From the NCBI GenBank assembly GCA_030704615.1, contig CM060731.1, forward strand, positions 81,158,001 to 81,222,000: 64,000 bases of DNA, written 5' to 3'. This DNA is from Takakia lepidozioides (taxonomy: Eukaryota > Plantae > Bryophyta). A model generated the notes under the pieces. It saw only the letters and a program-made list of their open reading frames with translations, was not told the origin of the DNA and ran no database searches. The position numbers were made by a program, and so were the translations under genes. Below are positions 12,901 to 25,700 of this stretch, piece by piece. How positions within the stretch are numbered: position 1 is the stretch's first letter; each line of letters starts with the position of its first letter.

Positions 12901-13311
12901 CTACCTCCGGAAGTGAGTCCGAAGTTCGTACCTCCGTATGCGGGACCCTTTCGCATTCGGAAGGTTATGAATGAGGATGTGTATGAATTGGAGCTGCCAG
13001 CAAACAGCAAGGTGCACCCAGTATTCCATGTCTCCCTTTTGAAGCCTTACTTCAAAGATGAAGCGCGTCCGAATCGGCATCAAGTGTTGCGTCCGCCACC
13101 TATGCTGTTGGATCATGAAAATGAACCTGAGTACGAGGTGGAGGCAATACTTAAGTCAAGGAGGTTCAAGAACCGAGAAACGGAGTATCTCGTCAAATGG
13201 AAGAGCTATCATCATGTGGAGGCATCTTGGGTGCGTGCCTCAAAAATAGGAAACGCATCCGAGGCGGTTGCAGCTTTCGAAGGGCGACCTCAAAAGCGGA
13301 AGAAGCGTTGA
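9942..13311 (+). pseudogene. Gypsy pol polyprotein (aspartic protease, RT, RNase H, integrase, chromodomain), frameshifted at ~11640
   Basis: [10 protein letters not shown] (PR); [10 protein letters not shown] and VYIDDILV (RT); [12 protein letters not shown] (RH); H..H..C..C zinc finger, SMDF, SDRDPKF and DGQTER (INT); YEVEAIL..YLVKWKSY..ASW (chromodomain). The frame changes between ORFs 9942-11819 and 11638-13311. Confidence 0.95.
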
Positions 13312-13928
13312 TGGGGACATCAACCTTGGAGCGTGGGGGAGGAAATGCATGCTTAGCCCGGTTTAGCTAGCTCAGGAATCTGATTGCAAAAACTTGTATT
13401 GTACAAAAATTTGTTATAAATGAAATGGGTTCCAAATATTGTGCGTCCTATTGTGTTTGGAATGGTGATGCATGGTGTGGTTGGCTAGTGTGTAGAATGC
13501 ATGCTAGCTTACAAAAGTGGGAGAGGTAAATTGGGTAATCGTGTGTTTGCGCAGTGCCGAAATCGGGTGACTCCCATCCAAGGGGCAAGGAAACTTGCGC
13601 CTTCTTTGGGAGTTCACGTGCTAGTGCGCACCTGGCGCGTGCGCGTACTATAACTGCGCTACCGAGGGGGTTGCCTTGTAGTGCGGGCTAACGCGGAAGC
13701 TACGTGCTTCCGTTCACGTACTATAATCGTGTAGCCTCGGGACGAAGTCGTAGTGCGGCTTCGGCGTGTTCCCGTACCTCAGGCCAGCATTCCAAGACGG
13801 ACCCAATTGTAGTGATTGGGGCGCACGGTTGGTTCAAGGTTATCTTCCTAGTCAAAGAGGGTTCCAGGTGAACCCTTGCTCAAGGTGATGCCAAAAGCGG
13901 CATCATGAGCGATCGCAGTATGCTCACA
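9956..13928 (+). mobile_element. Ty3/Gypsy chromovirus (Tcn1-like) LTR retrotransposon, 3' part (PR-RT-RH-INT-chromodomain, PPT, 3' LTR)
   Basis: Domain order is Gypsy-type. A purine-rich tract (GTGGGGGAGGAAA) precedes TG at 13346. LINE RT sequence resumes after ..GCTCACA at 13928. Confidence 0.9.
13346..13928 (+). repeat. Probable 3' LTR of the chromovirus
   Basis: Follows the PPT, has TG...CA ends and abuts resumed LINE RT. The partner LTR is not in the window. Confidence 0.65.
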
Positions 13929-14973
13929 CCAAAAGCTGTGTCACTGTTAACGGACATAAGTCCAACTTCTTTGACATAGACCAAGGTGTAGCTCAAGGAT
14001 GTACTCTCTCCCCTCTGCTCTTCAATGTTTTCATCAATCAACTCCTCGAGGATGTGGAAAGTGAAGGATTTGGGTTAAGGGTGGGTGATACCACCATACC
14101 AGCCCTTATGTTTGCGGATGACTTTGCAGGCATAGGGGAGACTCCAACCAATCTCCATGAGTTGATTGATTGCGCGAAGAGATACTTTGATCTTTGGGGG
14201 CTAGAGGCTAATGTCAGCAAATGTGCAGTGGTAGCATTCAACGACAGAGGAGAATCCTTAAGCTCCCGACGAGATGAATTCAAGGTCAGATGGTGGGGTC
14301 AGCTGCAACATATGCCCAACACCAGATATCCTAAGTTAATCGACTCTATATCTTGGAAACAGGACCGCCCTGTCAAGTCCTGGCAGAAGAGAGTAGAAAA
14401 GATTCTCAAGGACCTGGACCTGGATCCGCAAGTCTTGACCCTGCTGGATAAATCTGACTTAGAGGCTGTAGTGTCAGAACCATGTCTGTTGCCATGAGAT
14501 TGTCTGATGAAAATGAAGTTAGGCAGAGAACTTCCCTGAACTTGTTTCCAGTCAGTGACATAGGGGTGGACATCTTGGATGACCTCAAGGGTCTACCCAC
14601 TCTCGGCACTAGACTGAAATTTAAACTCAGTGCAGGAAGCCTACCTTTGAACAGCAAACAGAAGCAGAGAGGAAAGGGAGAGTGCAATTGTCCGCTGTGT
14701 GGGCAATCTGAAGACAGTATTCATTTTCTGATACACTGTCCGGGGTTCTCTCACCAAAGAGACGCTCTCTTCAATTCTATCAAGGGAATTGTGCCTGTAC
14801 CCCTGTTTACCAACTTTGAAAATCTCGAGGCTGAGCCAAAGGCCCAGGCCCTCCTGAGGCCTAGTTTTTGGGCAAATCACACACAACAGATTGATGCTTG
14901 TGTGAAGGGTTTTCTAGAGGATATCTGGAAAAAGAGCCTCAGGTCTGGTCTTTGGGAGGTAAATATGCTCTGA
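13929..14973 (+). mobile_element. Degenerate non-LTR retrotransposon (LINE): RT C-terminal part and zinc-knuckle C-terminus, with internal deletion
   Basis: KSCVTVNG..GVAQGCTLSPLLFNVFI..LMFADDF..EANVSKC (LINE RT) and CPLCGQSEDSIHFLIHC (C-terminal CCHC). Confidence 0.85.
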
Positions 14974-15556
14974 GGTATTGGAATTGGTTCTCTGCTCAAG
15001 GAGAGGTCTTTGAAAGAATCAAACATCGACACACTTCTTCACTAATATAAGCTGGAGACAATGCTGAAAGCTGTGGCCCTCCTGGGTCTGGATGTTGGGT
15101 TGTATCCTCCCATCAAGTCTACAGTTGAGCTATCTCTCTCTGCTCTTCCCTGCCCTTTCTCAAGCAGTGTGTGTCAGGCAGTGCAATCACAGCCACACGT
15201 GTGGCATCTGTGTTGGATTGGGCCCAGAGCAATGTTTGGAATCAACATCATGTCTATTGGCACCTTAGTTCTAAATCCCTGGATCCCGATCATTGTTGGA
15301 TGTGCGAGCACCATATCTTTGGCGGGCTGCAATTCCAGATCCTGGTAGCTACAAACTAGCTCCTATGGGGTTGACACCCTGTGGGGACTATGCCAAAACT
15401 TGCAGGGGATGATCAATGAATACATGTGTCTTTTCCCAGCTCAAATCTTCTGGCAATTTGTGGCCCTGCACTGCAGAAAAGGACCACATCACTGCGTATC
15501 ACATCTGTGGTAACTAGCCCTCTACATTGATGAGGGAGCTCATAATGCTTGCACCT

Positions 15557-16112
15557 CTTAAGCTCCCGACCAGATTAATTCAAGGTCAAATGGTGGGGTC
15601 AGCTGCAACATATGCCCAACACCAGATATCCTAAGTTAATCGACTCCATATCTTGGAAACAGGACCGCCCTGTCAAACAGGCTAAGTCCTGGCAGAAGAG
15701 AGTAGAAGAGATTCTCAAGGACCTGGACCTGGATCCGCAAGCCTTGACCCTGCTGGATAAATCTGACTTAGAGGCTGTAGTGTCCGAAGCCATGTCTGTT
15801 GCCATGAGATTGTCTGATGAAAATGAAGTTAGGCAGAGAACTTCCTTGAACTTGTTTCCAGTCAGTGACATGGGGGTGGACATCTTGGATGACCTCAAGG
15901 GTCTACCCACTCTCGGCACTAGACTGAAATTTAAACTCAGGGCAGGAAGCCTATCTTTGAACAGCAAACAGAAGCAGAGAGGAAAGGGAGAATGCAATTG
16001 TCCGTTGTGTGGGCAATCTGAAGACAGTATTCATTTTCTGATACACTGTCCGGGGTTCTCTCACCAAAGAGACACTCTCTTCAATTCTATCAAGGGAATT
16101 GTGCCTGTACCC
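15557..16112 (+). repeat. Second near-identical copy of the LINE 3' segment (matches ~14257-14800)
   Basis: Direct repeat beginning TTAAGCTCCCGAC.., with the same translation (MPNTRYPKLIDSISWKQDRPVK..CPLCGQSEDSIHF). Confidence 0.9.
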
Positions 16113-17699
16113 CCTAAACCCATTGCACCAGCCACAAAGCACTCCATGTGGAAAGCACAAAGCACTATGTAAATGGCACTCACTGAATTGCGAACGGTTG
16201 CATTGACTGAGCTGCGGTCGCCGGTGACTTGCTCGCGCCCGCCCCGCGCTCCTTGTTGTGCAGTCACCCACCCCATGAATACACAAACAACCAAAAACAA
16301 AAACAAGAAACAAGAAAGAACAAGAATAGAAGGAGATGGATTGAGAGAGATGATGAAAGAGAGGGAGGCAGAGAGGGAGGCAGAGAGAGAGGGAAGAGGG
16401 GCAGGGAGGGAGAAAGGGAGAGATCGCAGGGAAGAGATCGCAGGGAAGGGGAGTCGCTGCATACCTCTGTTGCGCGCAAGATCGACTGCCCGATTTTTAG
16501 TCGGTGACCGCGATTTACCACCTTGGGGGAGGACGTGCTAAATTTCGGAGGAACCCCTACGTCAGCTTTAACAGCAGCTAGGAGCCTGCTAACTAGCGGG
16601 GGTTGTAACGGGCAAGTGCGGCCGTCACCACGCCGTTAACGGCTGGTACCTAGCTTAGCAAGCCGCTTAGCAGCCAGGTGCGGCCGGGGCTTAGAGTCTC
16701 TATAACGGAGGGCCTCAATCTTACTTTGGTGGGCTCTATAAGCAAGCCGCCCGGGCCCTTTGCGAACGCATTCTAAGTAAGATTGCCTTCACCAATGCCT
16801 TCTAAGATTGCCTTCGCTGATAACCGACCTGCCGCACCCTTGTTAATTACTAATTGTCCCCACAACCAAGTTGTAGCCAAGTGATAATGGACACATACCA
16901 CCTCAGAAGAGGTTGTGGGTTCAACCCACGTCCACCTTCTTGCCGGAAGGTAGTACCCGTGGGGGGTGAAGCGACACCATAACTTAGACCTCCTTGTCGA
17001 GGCGTCATAAGTAAATCAATGAATAATATTTGTTGGCCATAGGAGGTCCTGACCGTTCAAAGACGTCGTATCCGTCCTCTCATGAATTAAGTATTTTTGG
17101 GACACTCTATCCATCCAGGGGGAGAGGCCTCTGGCGGGCCCACTTACCTCTAAGTTACACCGGCTAAGATAGAGGTAACTTAGTGGGCTGCTTGTAGATT
17201 AAAACATGAAGAGAGTGAAGTGTGTCTGCAAAGTGGTAGAGTTCGTTCGTATGATAAGGTGGTGTTTTTCCTTGTTTTGTTTTTTGCCTCCTTCTGTTGG
17301 ATCCCTGCTACCTCTTTCCATTTCACTGAATAGTAGGTTTCAGATCTCGCAACTAGCTTTGTTGTTGGAAGAATCCTACCCCTTAAGCCTGACACGTAAA
17401 TATATACCATAACTTTTTACAAAATATTTAATACAGGACAAATCAAGTTAATCAATTGAAAAGAGCGAGAAAACAATAACCTCGCGGAGGGCCATAAGGC
17501 AATATAATCGTGGGAAACCTCCCATAACGCCTCATTGGAGTCATGGTTCACCAAGAGAACAACGGCAACGAACCAAACTTCAAGAAAACACCATGGACAT
17601 AAATCTAGGACCAAGAACCCACCACAAGTACTGAAGTTGTACAGGACCAACAACACTAGCCAGAGCACGACAAATGCACATCAAGAGAGACCAAAATAA

Positions 17700-18245
17700 G
17701 AAGGGACAGAGAGGCAAGTGCTTGGAGGAAAGCTAATGTTTGGAGGAAGGGCCTCAAAATTAAGGTGTGCCTTAATTTTGGTGTTCTATTCTTCCTATGC
17801 TTCCAATATATCTTCCTCCACTTTCAGCGGCGGAAGTAGCTCGGTCAGCTTTTCTTTAGAACATTTTGAATAACTGGAAGCGAAAAATCCCAAGCCTTCC
17901 TCCCCTAAACCCCAAATTCAATAGAAGAAATCTCACGAAGAACTGCCTTCATGCAAGGGAATTCACCCTCGTACCGGTTGGCACATCGAATTTTCCAAAT
18001 GTGCCAAAGAGCAAGTGAACCAGGAGAAGCCCCGACCTGGCACTTATGCCAAATCCTTCTCCCATAGGGGTTGGGCAGATGAATTGACAAAGCCCAACAT
18101 TGACTAATTTTGAAGGAATAAGTAACTTATAAAAAGGTGCAATTGACCAGATCGCCTCAACAAAGTGTAGAAAGCCCATGTTCAATGGTCTCGACAGAAT
18201 TGAAACACATTTTGCAGATAAAAGCGAGGTTGGAAACATGCCCAT
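17700..18245 (-). mobile_element. Fragment of an L1-like LINE ORF2 C-terminus
   Basis: Minus-strand ICKMCFNSVETIEH (zf-RVT-like) and LWHIWKIRC motifs, with stops and frameshifts. Confidence 0.5.
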
Positions 18246-20145
18246 TATTATTATTATTATCTAGTTTCTTAAACATTTTTATTGTGCTTCGTCTAACTCA
18301 CTGTGTATACTTCAACCCTCAACCCTTAGCATTGTTTTGTTTTTTCTTTTCACTTTTCCAAAATGTCATTGGAAAGTGGCTATATAACAGGTGTCACGTT
18401 TTAACAGGTCCACGTGGAAACATCTGCCTCCTGATATTCAATCTGGCACTTTCCGGCAAAATTTTTGATTTTCACTCTCACAATTCCCTTGTAAAAGTAG
18501 CTGACTCGAGGAGGTCGAAAATCTGGCGATTTTCCGCCAGGAAAAAAAACAATGACCTTTAGTAGGATTTTTTATCTTCATACACAGACCCCTGCTTTGC
18601 GCATGAGATCAGTTGATACAGTGGGCGTCAACTCTTTAAAAACTTTAAAATACATTTAAAAAAACCAAAAAAAAAACTCTGTTTCGGTAAGCTACTTCCC
18701 CTTTCTGATAAATAAAATGAAATAAAATGATGCTTAGTGTGACGTGTGGGCCGATTATAGGATACATTTAAAAAGTAGTATTTTCCAAGAAAGAACAATA
18801 AAAAAGTATGGGATAACTGTAAAATACAGGGCCTGGTCATAATGTCCTCTCCCAGCAGGCCATGAGACCCGTTCCAGTAACACGCGTTCAGCCTTCGTAC
18901 AACCACGTCTTCAGCTGAGCATTATGGGCTGAGATGGTCCAGCGGCCACGTCACCACTTGGGCCACGTGCTTACTCCACGCCGTACCCGGCCTTCCAGTC
19001 CGTTCCAACACGTGTGAGACAGACGGACAGCGGCATCGGTGCACGTTAGAGCCCCACCACGTCCGTCCTCCCGGTAGGACCGGGCTTGTGGCGTCAGCCG
19101 TGGTTTAGCCAGGGTATTGCCACAAACCCTAGGCCTAGACAAAGCCGATTATCGTATTTAATTGCCTGCCGTGCCGTGCTGCCAATTTCAGGCTTCATTA
19201 ATAGGGTTCTGGCATAAGGGTGGCCAGGAGTTTAGCCATCAAGCTGGCTTGTGCCAGAGTTGAAGGACGGACGTAACGAGCGGACGCACGGATGGGCCCG
19301 TCCACCGGCTGCCTCCGTCCTAGAGGCTGACACCTGTCCGTCCTGTTGGCGAGTCTGGCTACTTACAATTGTTTTTTAATTTTCCGTTCTCCATTTCGGA
19401 AAACAAAAAAGAAGAAAAAAGAAAAGGAAGCGCGCGCGAGGTAATGGGTACGGTAGGTGTCTGGTCGCTGCGTGCAATCTGCCCCACTGTCCCTGCAACG
19501 GTCATATACGTATGATGTATTTCGTGTAGTACAAATACTCGTATTACTCAGTAGCAGAACGGAATTCGTTTGCGGCAAATAGTTTCGTTTGAAAACGAGA
19601 AAAAATATGTTCCCGTTAGGTAAAGGCGTTCGGTCTCTAGTTTGTTGAATGGGGAGGATGAACGAACGATCATACTAGTTATCCGACGGAAAGATTCTGC
19701 GTCCATACGTGGATGTTTCGTCGATATCTTGTCGAAGTTTCCTTGCACCTCCGCAGCTCCTTAGCTTGTCCGACCTCGTTCCTCTGGAGAGATGGAGTCG
19801 GGGAATTTGGGAAGGGGCGATGAGGGGAAAAATAGAGAGGGAGAGGAAGGATTTCCTCCGCCAAATCTCCGCTTCTACACTCGATAACCTGTGAGTTGGA
19901 GATCTTGTGGTGATAGCCCAAATACGAAGCTCGGCAGCTCGAATTGTTTGTCTGTTTACAGAAACGGATTTGGGGAGGAGTGGGAGGGTTGCAGATGCTC
20001 ATCTAAATAGCTTTGTTTGTTTCGGAAATTTCTGGTTGTCATCGCTCAATGCAACATGGATGTATTCTTATGGAGCTTTCTGCCTTCGGTTGTCCGCTCT
20101 ACACTATCGTTTGAGATGATTATGCAGGTTTAATCGCAGAGGACA

Positions 20146-21393
20146 ATGGCAGCGACACGGCCAAACCTGGCAGATGGTAGCAACGATGATGCTGTAACCA
20201 TGCAAACCGTCAGGGCTCCTGGGCACCTCGAAGCGATACCTGATGACCCACCAACTACGAGTCTTCAAGTGAAAAACCATTCGGTGGTGATGGATCAGAG
20301 GATTTGGAATGAATTTCCAGCAGACTTGGTGGAGATTGTACTGGCTGCCGTCCCTACAGTCACTTTTTTCCAAGCCCGTGTCCTCTGCAAAAGGTTCAAT
20401 GAACTTCTGTTTTCAAGGACATTCCTTCGTGTATGGACCAAACTGCACGCTCCGGAGGACTGGCTCCTTATGGTTTACAGTCAATTCCAAGCTCCGTGGA
20501 TGTCCCTGGCTGCTTACAATCCTTGTCGGCGCAAGTGGTTCTATTTGCCTACGCCACGATCTTTCTTTAGCGGGCAATCCTGTGTTCCAATGGCATCTTC
20601 TCAAGGGCTGATCTGTATGGCTCCGGTTGAAGAGTCACAACATTTGATCTTATGGAATCCTTTGACAAATTCTGCAGAGGTGCTGCGAGGTATGCTCATC
20701 AAGAAGAGCTTGTGTGTAGGTCTGGCTGTGAACCCAGCAACAAAAGCGTACCAAATCGTTCTCCTGGGTTATACGTCAGATTCCTCCGAGGGGTGTGTGA
20801 CAGAGGTCTACGATTCCTCTCTCGGTCACTGGAAGAGAGCGGACACCTCACATGATTCATGGCACGGCTGCTACTCCGATTCCTTGGTGTATTTTAGAGG
20901 TGCCTTCCACGTCATATCAGCAAATCAACATGGGCCGTTCAGGTTATGTCTCATATCGTATGACCTGAAAGAGGGTTTCTGGAGAGAAACATGCAAACTT
21001 CCAACAGTCAGTGGTCTCTCGTTTTGTAGTCCATCTCTCTTCGAAGTTAAGCCAGGGAGACTCTTCCTTGCAGTTAGAAATTCTCCTGATCACAATCAAC
21101 ATTATGCTATTCATTTGTGGGAGCTGCGCGTGTCAGATGCGAGCGTGGACTGGATCATGGTAGCAATCGTGCCCCAAGAAATCATTGAGCTCCTTAGAAA
21201 GGAGCACTGGGGATCACCGTACTTCAGATGCCACGCAATTGGTGACCTTGTTTGCTTCGTCGGAACCAATGATTTCCGGGGTTTTGTGTATGATTTGTCT
21301 TGGGAAGAATGGCACTGGTTGCCCCGGCGCTTGGAACGCTTGTTCGACCATTTGCTTTCCTTTCAGCCCAGACTTGATATGCTAAATTGTTGA
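20146..21393 (+). CDS. Intronless F-box protein with C-terminal beta-propeller (F-box/kelch-type), 415 aa
   Basis: F-box IWNEFPADLVEIVLAAVP..FFQARVLCKRFNELL; propeller repeats AYNP..RKW, ASSQGLIC, LWNPLT, TEVYDS..W, SYDL..W; typical C-terminal F(Q/E)PRL. Confidence 0.93.
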   Translation: MAATRPNLADGSNDDAVTMQTVRAPGHLEAIPDDPPTTSLQVKNHSVVMDQRIWNEFPADLVEIVLAAVPTVTFFQARVLCKRFNELLFSRTFLRVWTKLHAPEDWLLMVYSQFQAPWMSLAAYNPCRRKWFYLPTPRSFFSGQSCVPMASSQGLICMAPVEESQHLILWNPLTNSAEVLRGMLIKKSLCVGLAVNPATKAYQIVLLGYTSDSSEGCVTEVYDSSLGHWKRADTSHDSWHGCYSDSLVYFRGAFHVISANQHGPFRLCLISYDLKEGFWRETCKLPTVSGLSFCSPSLFEVKPGRLFLAVRNSPDHNQHYAIHLWELRVSDASVDWIMVAIVPQEIIELLRKEHWGSPYFRCHAIGDLVCFVGTNDFRGFVYDLSWEEWHWLPRRLERLFDHLLSFQPRLDMLNC

Positions 21394-22773
21394 GTCTGTG
21401 CCCTTATGTAAGTCTTCAAGTTATCTCTTGACCAGTCCCTTCTCTCAATTGCATTGACAGTTTTTCCTGACATAATGTTGATTGGATGGACTCATATCGG
21501 CACTCGATTCGTCTCGAGTCGTTTAGTACTTCCTGCCCTCCTGGTGCGGTGTCCAAGATGGTAAAGTCTCCTTTCTGGAGTGCTGGAGTAATGTGTGCAG
21601 GTTATAATGTGGCAATTCGCGGGCAAATGAGGTCTAACATGTGAACACGGGGGACTACAACAATGTTTATGGTGGTGTTGTCGTCCCCATTGTCTGTAAG
21701 ACAGAAAGGAAGTTATAACTGGTGGCCAACGATTTAGAAGGTACCCATGTTTAGAGTGCCAAAAGCACAAATCTTTCTGTATCTTGCTAAGTAGTTAGGG
21801 GTTGTCATTGTCAGCTACTTGCTCTGAGCCGGAGCATCTACGCATTCATATTGTGAAGAGAAAAGAAAGGATTCTTTACCAGGATCTGTTCCCAAGGAAA
21901 AGTGAGTCAATTGTCCAAAGTGTGGTGCCCATTTCTCCAGCTCCGCAGTCACCTGAAACAACCAACACTGGCCACTATCTGTACTTGGATGCAATCTACT
22001 TTGACTGAACGCTTACATAAGCATACCCATAGCCAGCAGACTTAGCCACTGCATTGAGTTCACCATCAAGTACCTGGGCGCAGCCTAGAAGCGCCACAGA
22101 AAAGTTCCCAAATCCTTTTCCTGAAAAGAGACATTCAATCAGGCAACGACCCTTAGAAAACTGTAACAAGAGTTTAGCGGGAACATTGACAATAAATTAC
22201 TTACAGTTATGAACATCGGTTGCATCTACGTCTGTGCCGATAAGAATAAGAAACAACTGATGAGAGATCACAGCACCATCGTCTGCACAAGATACCTGAA
22301 ATCCGCAGCAAACGATTCTCCAAGCCCCATGAAGACTTTGCATGGAAGTATATCCACACGCAGACACTTCACCGTTCAATCGACATGCTCAGGCCGAGCT
22401 GTTTCCTCCCTTTTCCGAGGCGTGTCTTGGTGAAGTGCGTCAAAAAATATATATATTGTGCCTCCGAACTTCAAAGCCACAGATCGAATGTTGAGCTCAA
22501 GTCTTGCGAGACCGAGAGAAGGAAGGGGCAGGAAGCCCACCTACTCCCTACCAACAACGTGGATGAGAGAGACAGTGTTTCGTACATCCAGTACTCTCTA
22601 ATCATTCATCCGAACCCCCACTTTCAGGACCTCAGTTTGAGGTCCCCGAAACATTTCAAGATCTCATTTGAGGTCTCTGGTCTCGGCCCCGTCGCGATGC
22701 ATGCTTGGTGTGCTGTGATCAGTGCCTGCGATTGTTGGTGCCATCGTTTGCTGGATTGAAGGAGTTGGAGAGG

Positions 22774-25700
22774 ATGGGATCGCCGAAAGCAGCTACACGG
22801 TCACCCTTGGCGCCCATGTTTGATGATGTATGACAAGTTTTGCTACTTCCTTGAGCACCATCTGCGCAGTTAGGTTTAAGATTAGTTTCCAGACATGTTT
22901 CAAAGGAATGCAGTACTGGACTTGATTGTGAAGGGCATCCGCACTTTGGGTTCTCAGCCCCGTAATTCTTTTAAGAATTTATTTTTTAAACCCTGTGATC
23001 ACGACAACCCGTGCGTCTCTACTTCCGCGTTTCCAGTAAGGTGCTGTTCTTTGATGCAGGAGGAATTTGATTTCGAGGGGGATGCAGGGGACGCAAACAG
23101 GCCAGGTACGTTTCTCGATGTGAAGATTGTTTTGATCTACTCCTGTACTATTATTGATCCCGCCAGGCATAGGTGGAGGTGCCAGAATCGGAGGTAAGGT
23201 GGGGAGGAGATAGAGAGGCAGTGGGGTGGTGGGGTTGTTAGCTGGGTGATGATGCACGACGTTGCGGGCTGTGTTCAGCGGTGGACCTCACAAGGTGGTT
23301 TGGATGACGTTCCAGGTGTGAAGAGGGATTTTGGTGACCTTGATGATGACGAAGAAGATCTCTATCCCTCCAAGAAGGTAGGTCTCTCTGCTCTCCAAGA
23401 TCTCTTCTTGGTGCAGAATTGCTGCCCAAAAACCTAGCACTATGTTGACCTGATTTTGCTGTAGCTCTGGGCAGAAATTATTGTGGGATGCGTGGGCCTG
23501 GTAGGTCCATTTTGATGAACGAAATGTGGAATGTAATTCCCATCATTAGTTGCAGAATAGTGCAACTGATGATCACCATCAGTGTGAACCATTTTATCTT
23601 CTACGTTATTCTGAAGTGGATGACATTTGCAGAAGTGGAGAGCAAGGTTCATTAAATCAAATCCTTTGGGCTCTCTGCTTTGAACGACTGCTTAGGAACC
23701 CTAAGTTTCATCACCTGAGAATACTTTTCATCATATACAGGCAGTCTGACACCAACGTGTAGCTTGGTTGTGTGTCAAAAGATATATGGCTCTTCGATCG
23801 GAGCTGGTAGTGATCATGCCACCACCACCATCCTCAACCTACGGGCCAGGTATCTTCTGGAAACACAAGCTTGATCTCTCCCTGGTGATGTGCTACTTTC
23901 TTCGTTTTTGGAGTGTCAAGTGCCCTCACCCTTCTTCTTGGCCCTGAATTTCATTGTGGTCCTTCCAAATGTGCTTGCAAATTGAGGGTGTGCTTGGTCC
24001 TGGAGTCTAGACAATGTTTAAAGATTGATGAAAGATTGATATCATCAGTTTACAGGACTCCACTTGCTGCATGAATCCCGAGTTATATTCACCATACTCT
24101 TCTAATGATTGGGCATAGGTACGGCAGTTTGGTAGCCAGGGGTACCATGTTGACTGTGATATATGTATGTGGGAGTTACATTTTTGAGTCAGCAATGCAG
24201 AACAATTGTGAACTAGATGAATATGGATGACTGGTATTTTGAATGCATGGGGGATGGACAGCTTGGAGGATCGTGACAGCACCATTTCCTCTTTGCAGGT
24301 GCCATTCTGTCCATTGCTGGTTGTTGCAGGGCCTTATTTGGGTTGTGCTGTATACTTTCCTTTTCCCTTCTTTCTGCATTGCAGCTACTTAGCTGCAAAA
24401 ATGTTGTCTTGTCCTGAAAACAGTACAGATGATTGATGCTCGTAACTTATACTTCAATATTTCTATGTTTCCACTAAATCATGTGTAAATATCAAAGGGG
24501 TGATGAGGTTGTCTCTGTTTTGGTGGGGAAGGAGGTGTGATTTGCACTTTTATATCTGATCGCCAACTGGCTCACCTGCTGGATGAGTCTACCCATTGTT
24601 TTCTGCTGTTTTGGGTCAAAGTGAATCCAACCAAAGACTGTGTCCACGCTTGGCTGTTTCAGGCATCTCTTAAGATGGCGAATGAAGAGCTGGAGAAATG
24701 GCACAATGCCTTTAACAATGACTCCCTTCTCCCTGCTGGAACAAGCACTGGTAGGGAACCCTACTGGTCTTTTAGGTTCAGTAGTTTTGTAAATTTGGAT
24801 TGAGACCAGGCCTGTCTGACACTAAAAGACTGACCCCTATCCATTCACTTGACAGTGGCTGGAATAGTTGTTGAAGTAGTTGACACGACAAGCTCACGTT
24901 AGCAAGGCCTGTTGTTGTGAGCTATGGTTGCATCAAGTGACACTGTTTGCTACACTTTCTTAGTGGATGCCAAGCCTGTAGTACGTAATCGCTCCTTTTT
25001 GTGTGAAACTCTGATGGGTTAGTGAATCCAATTGCTCTCATGTATTGCATCCAATGGTCTTGGAACTGAAGGACATCTCATTGAGTTTTCACATGCAAAT
25101 GAGTGGGCCCTGCGAGAGTCCTTATACCACATATATTTTGTGTCTTTGAGTGTGAGTGAGTTTTGACAGAAAAGGTTAGTCCTACCATTCTATGGTTGAT
25201 GTTAACATTCTATATTTTGCCTGACAAGAGGTGGATGTTGGCCCCTTTACAGACCCGGAAGTGGTGTTGCAGGCTGTGCAGAAATTGCAAGCTTCAGAGA
25301 GTCAAATGAAGGATCAGGTACTTGGCCCTCTCCTTCTGTTCTGTACGTGAGGGTTCTGGATTGCCATGGACATGGATTCTGCATGTCTGATAACTGATAG
25401 GATGGGAACTGACATCAGAAAAGTGCCGGGAATGAAGAAAAAGGGCAATGGACACGGGTGCCATTTTCAAATCCATCACAATGTTTATCCAGAGATTGTT
25501 TGGTCCTGCACTTTTGACTTAGTGTGGTTTCTATCTTGGGTTGAAGACGAAGAAGCTGAATGTGTGAAAAAGATATGGAGCTCTGAAAAGATGTGCAAAC
25601 TTGCTATCTAGTAAAAATCGTCCCTTGAGGGTGGTGCTGCAAATGAGAAAGAGATGTCTGGAAAGCACACGAGAGATTAAGCGAAGCCTGAAGTTGACTG

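Noticed and set aside
16173-16541. Arg/Glu-rich protein
   Set aside because: It is a translation of GA-rich low-complexity DNA with no domain signal.
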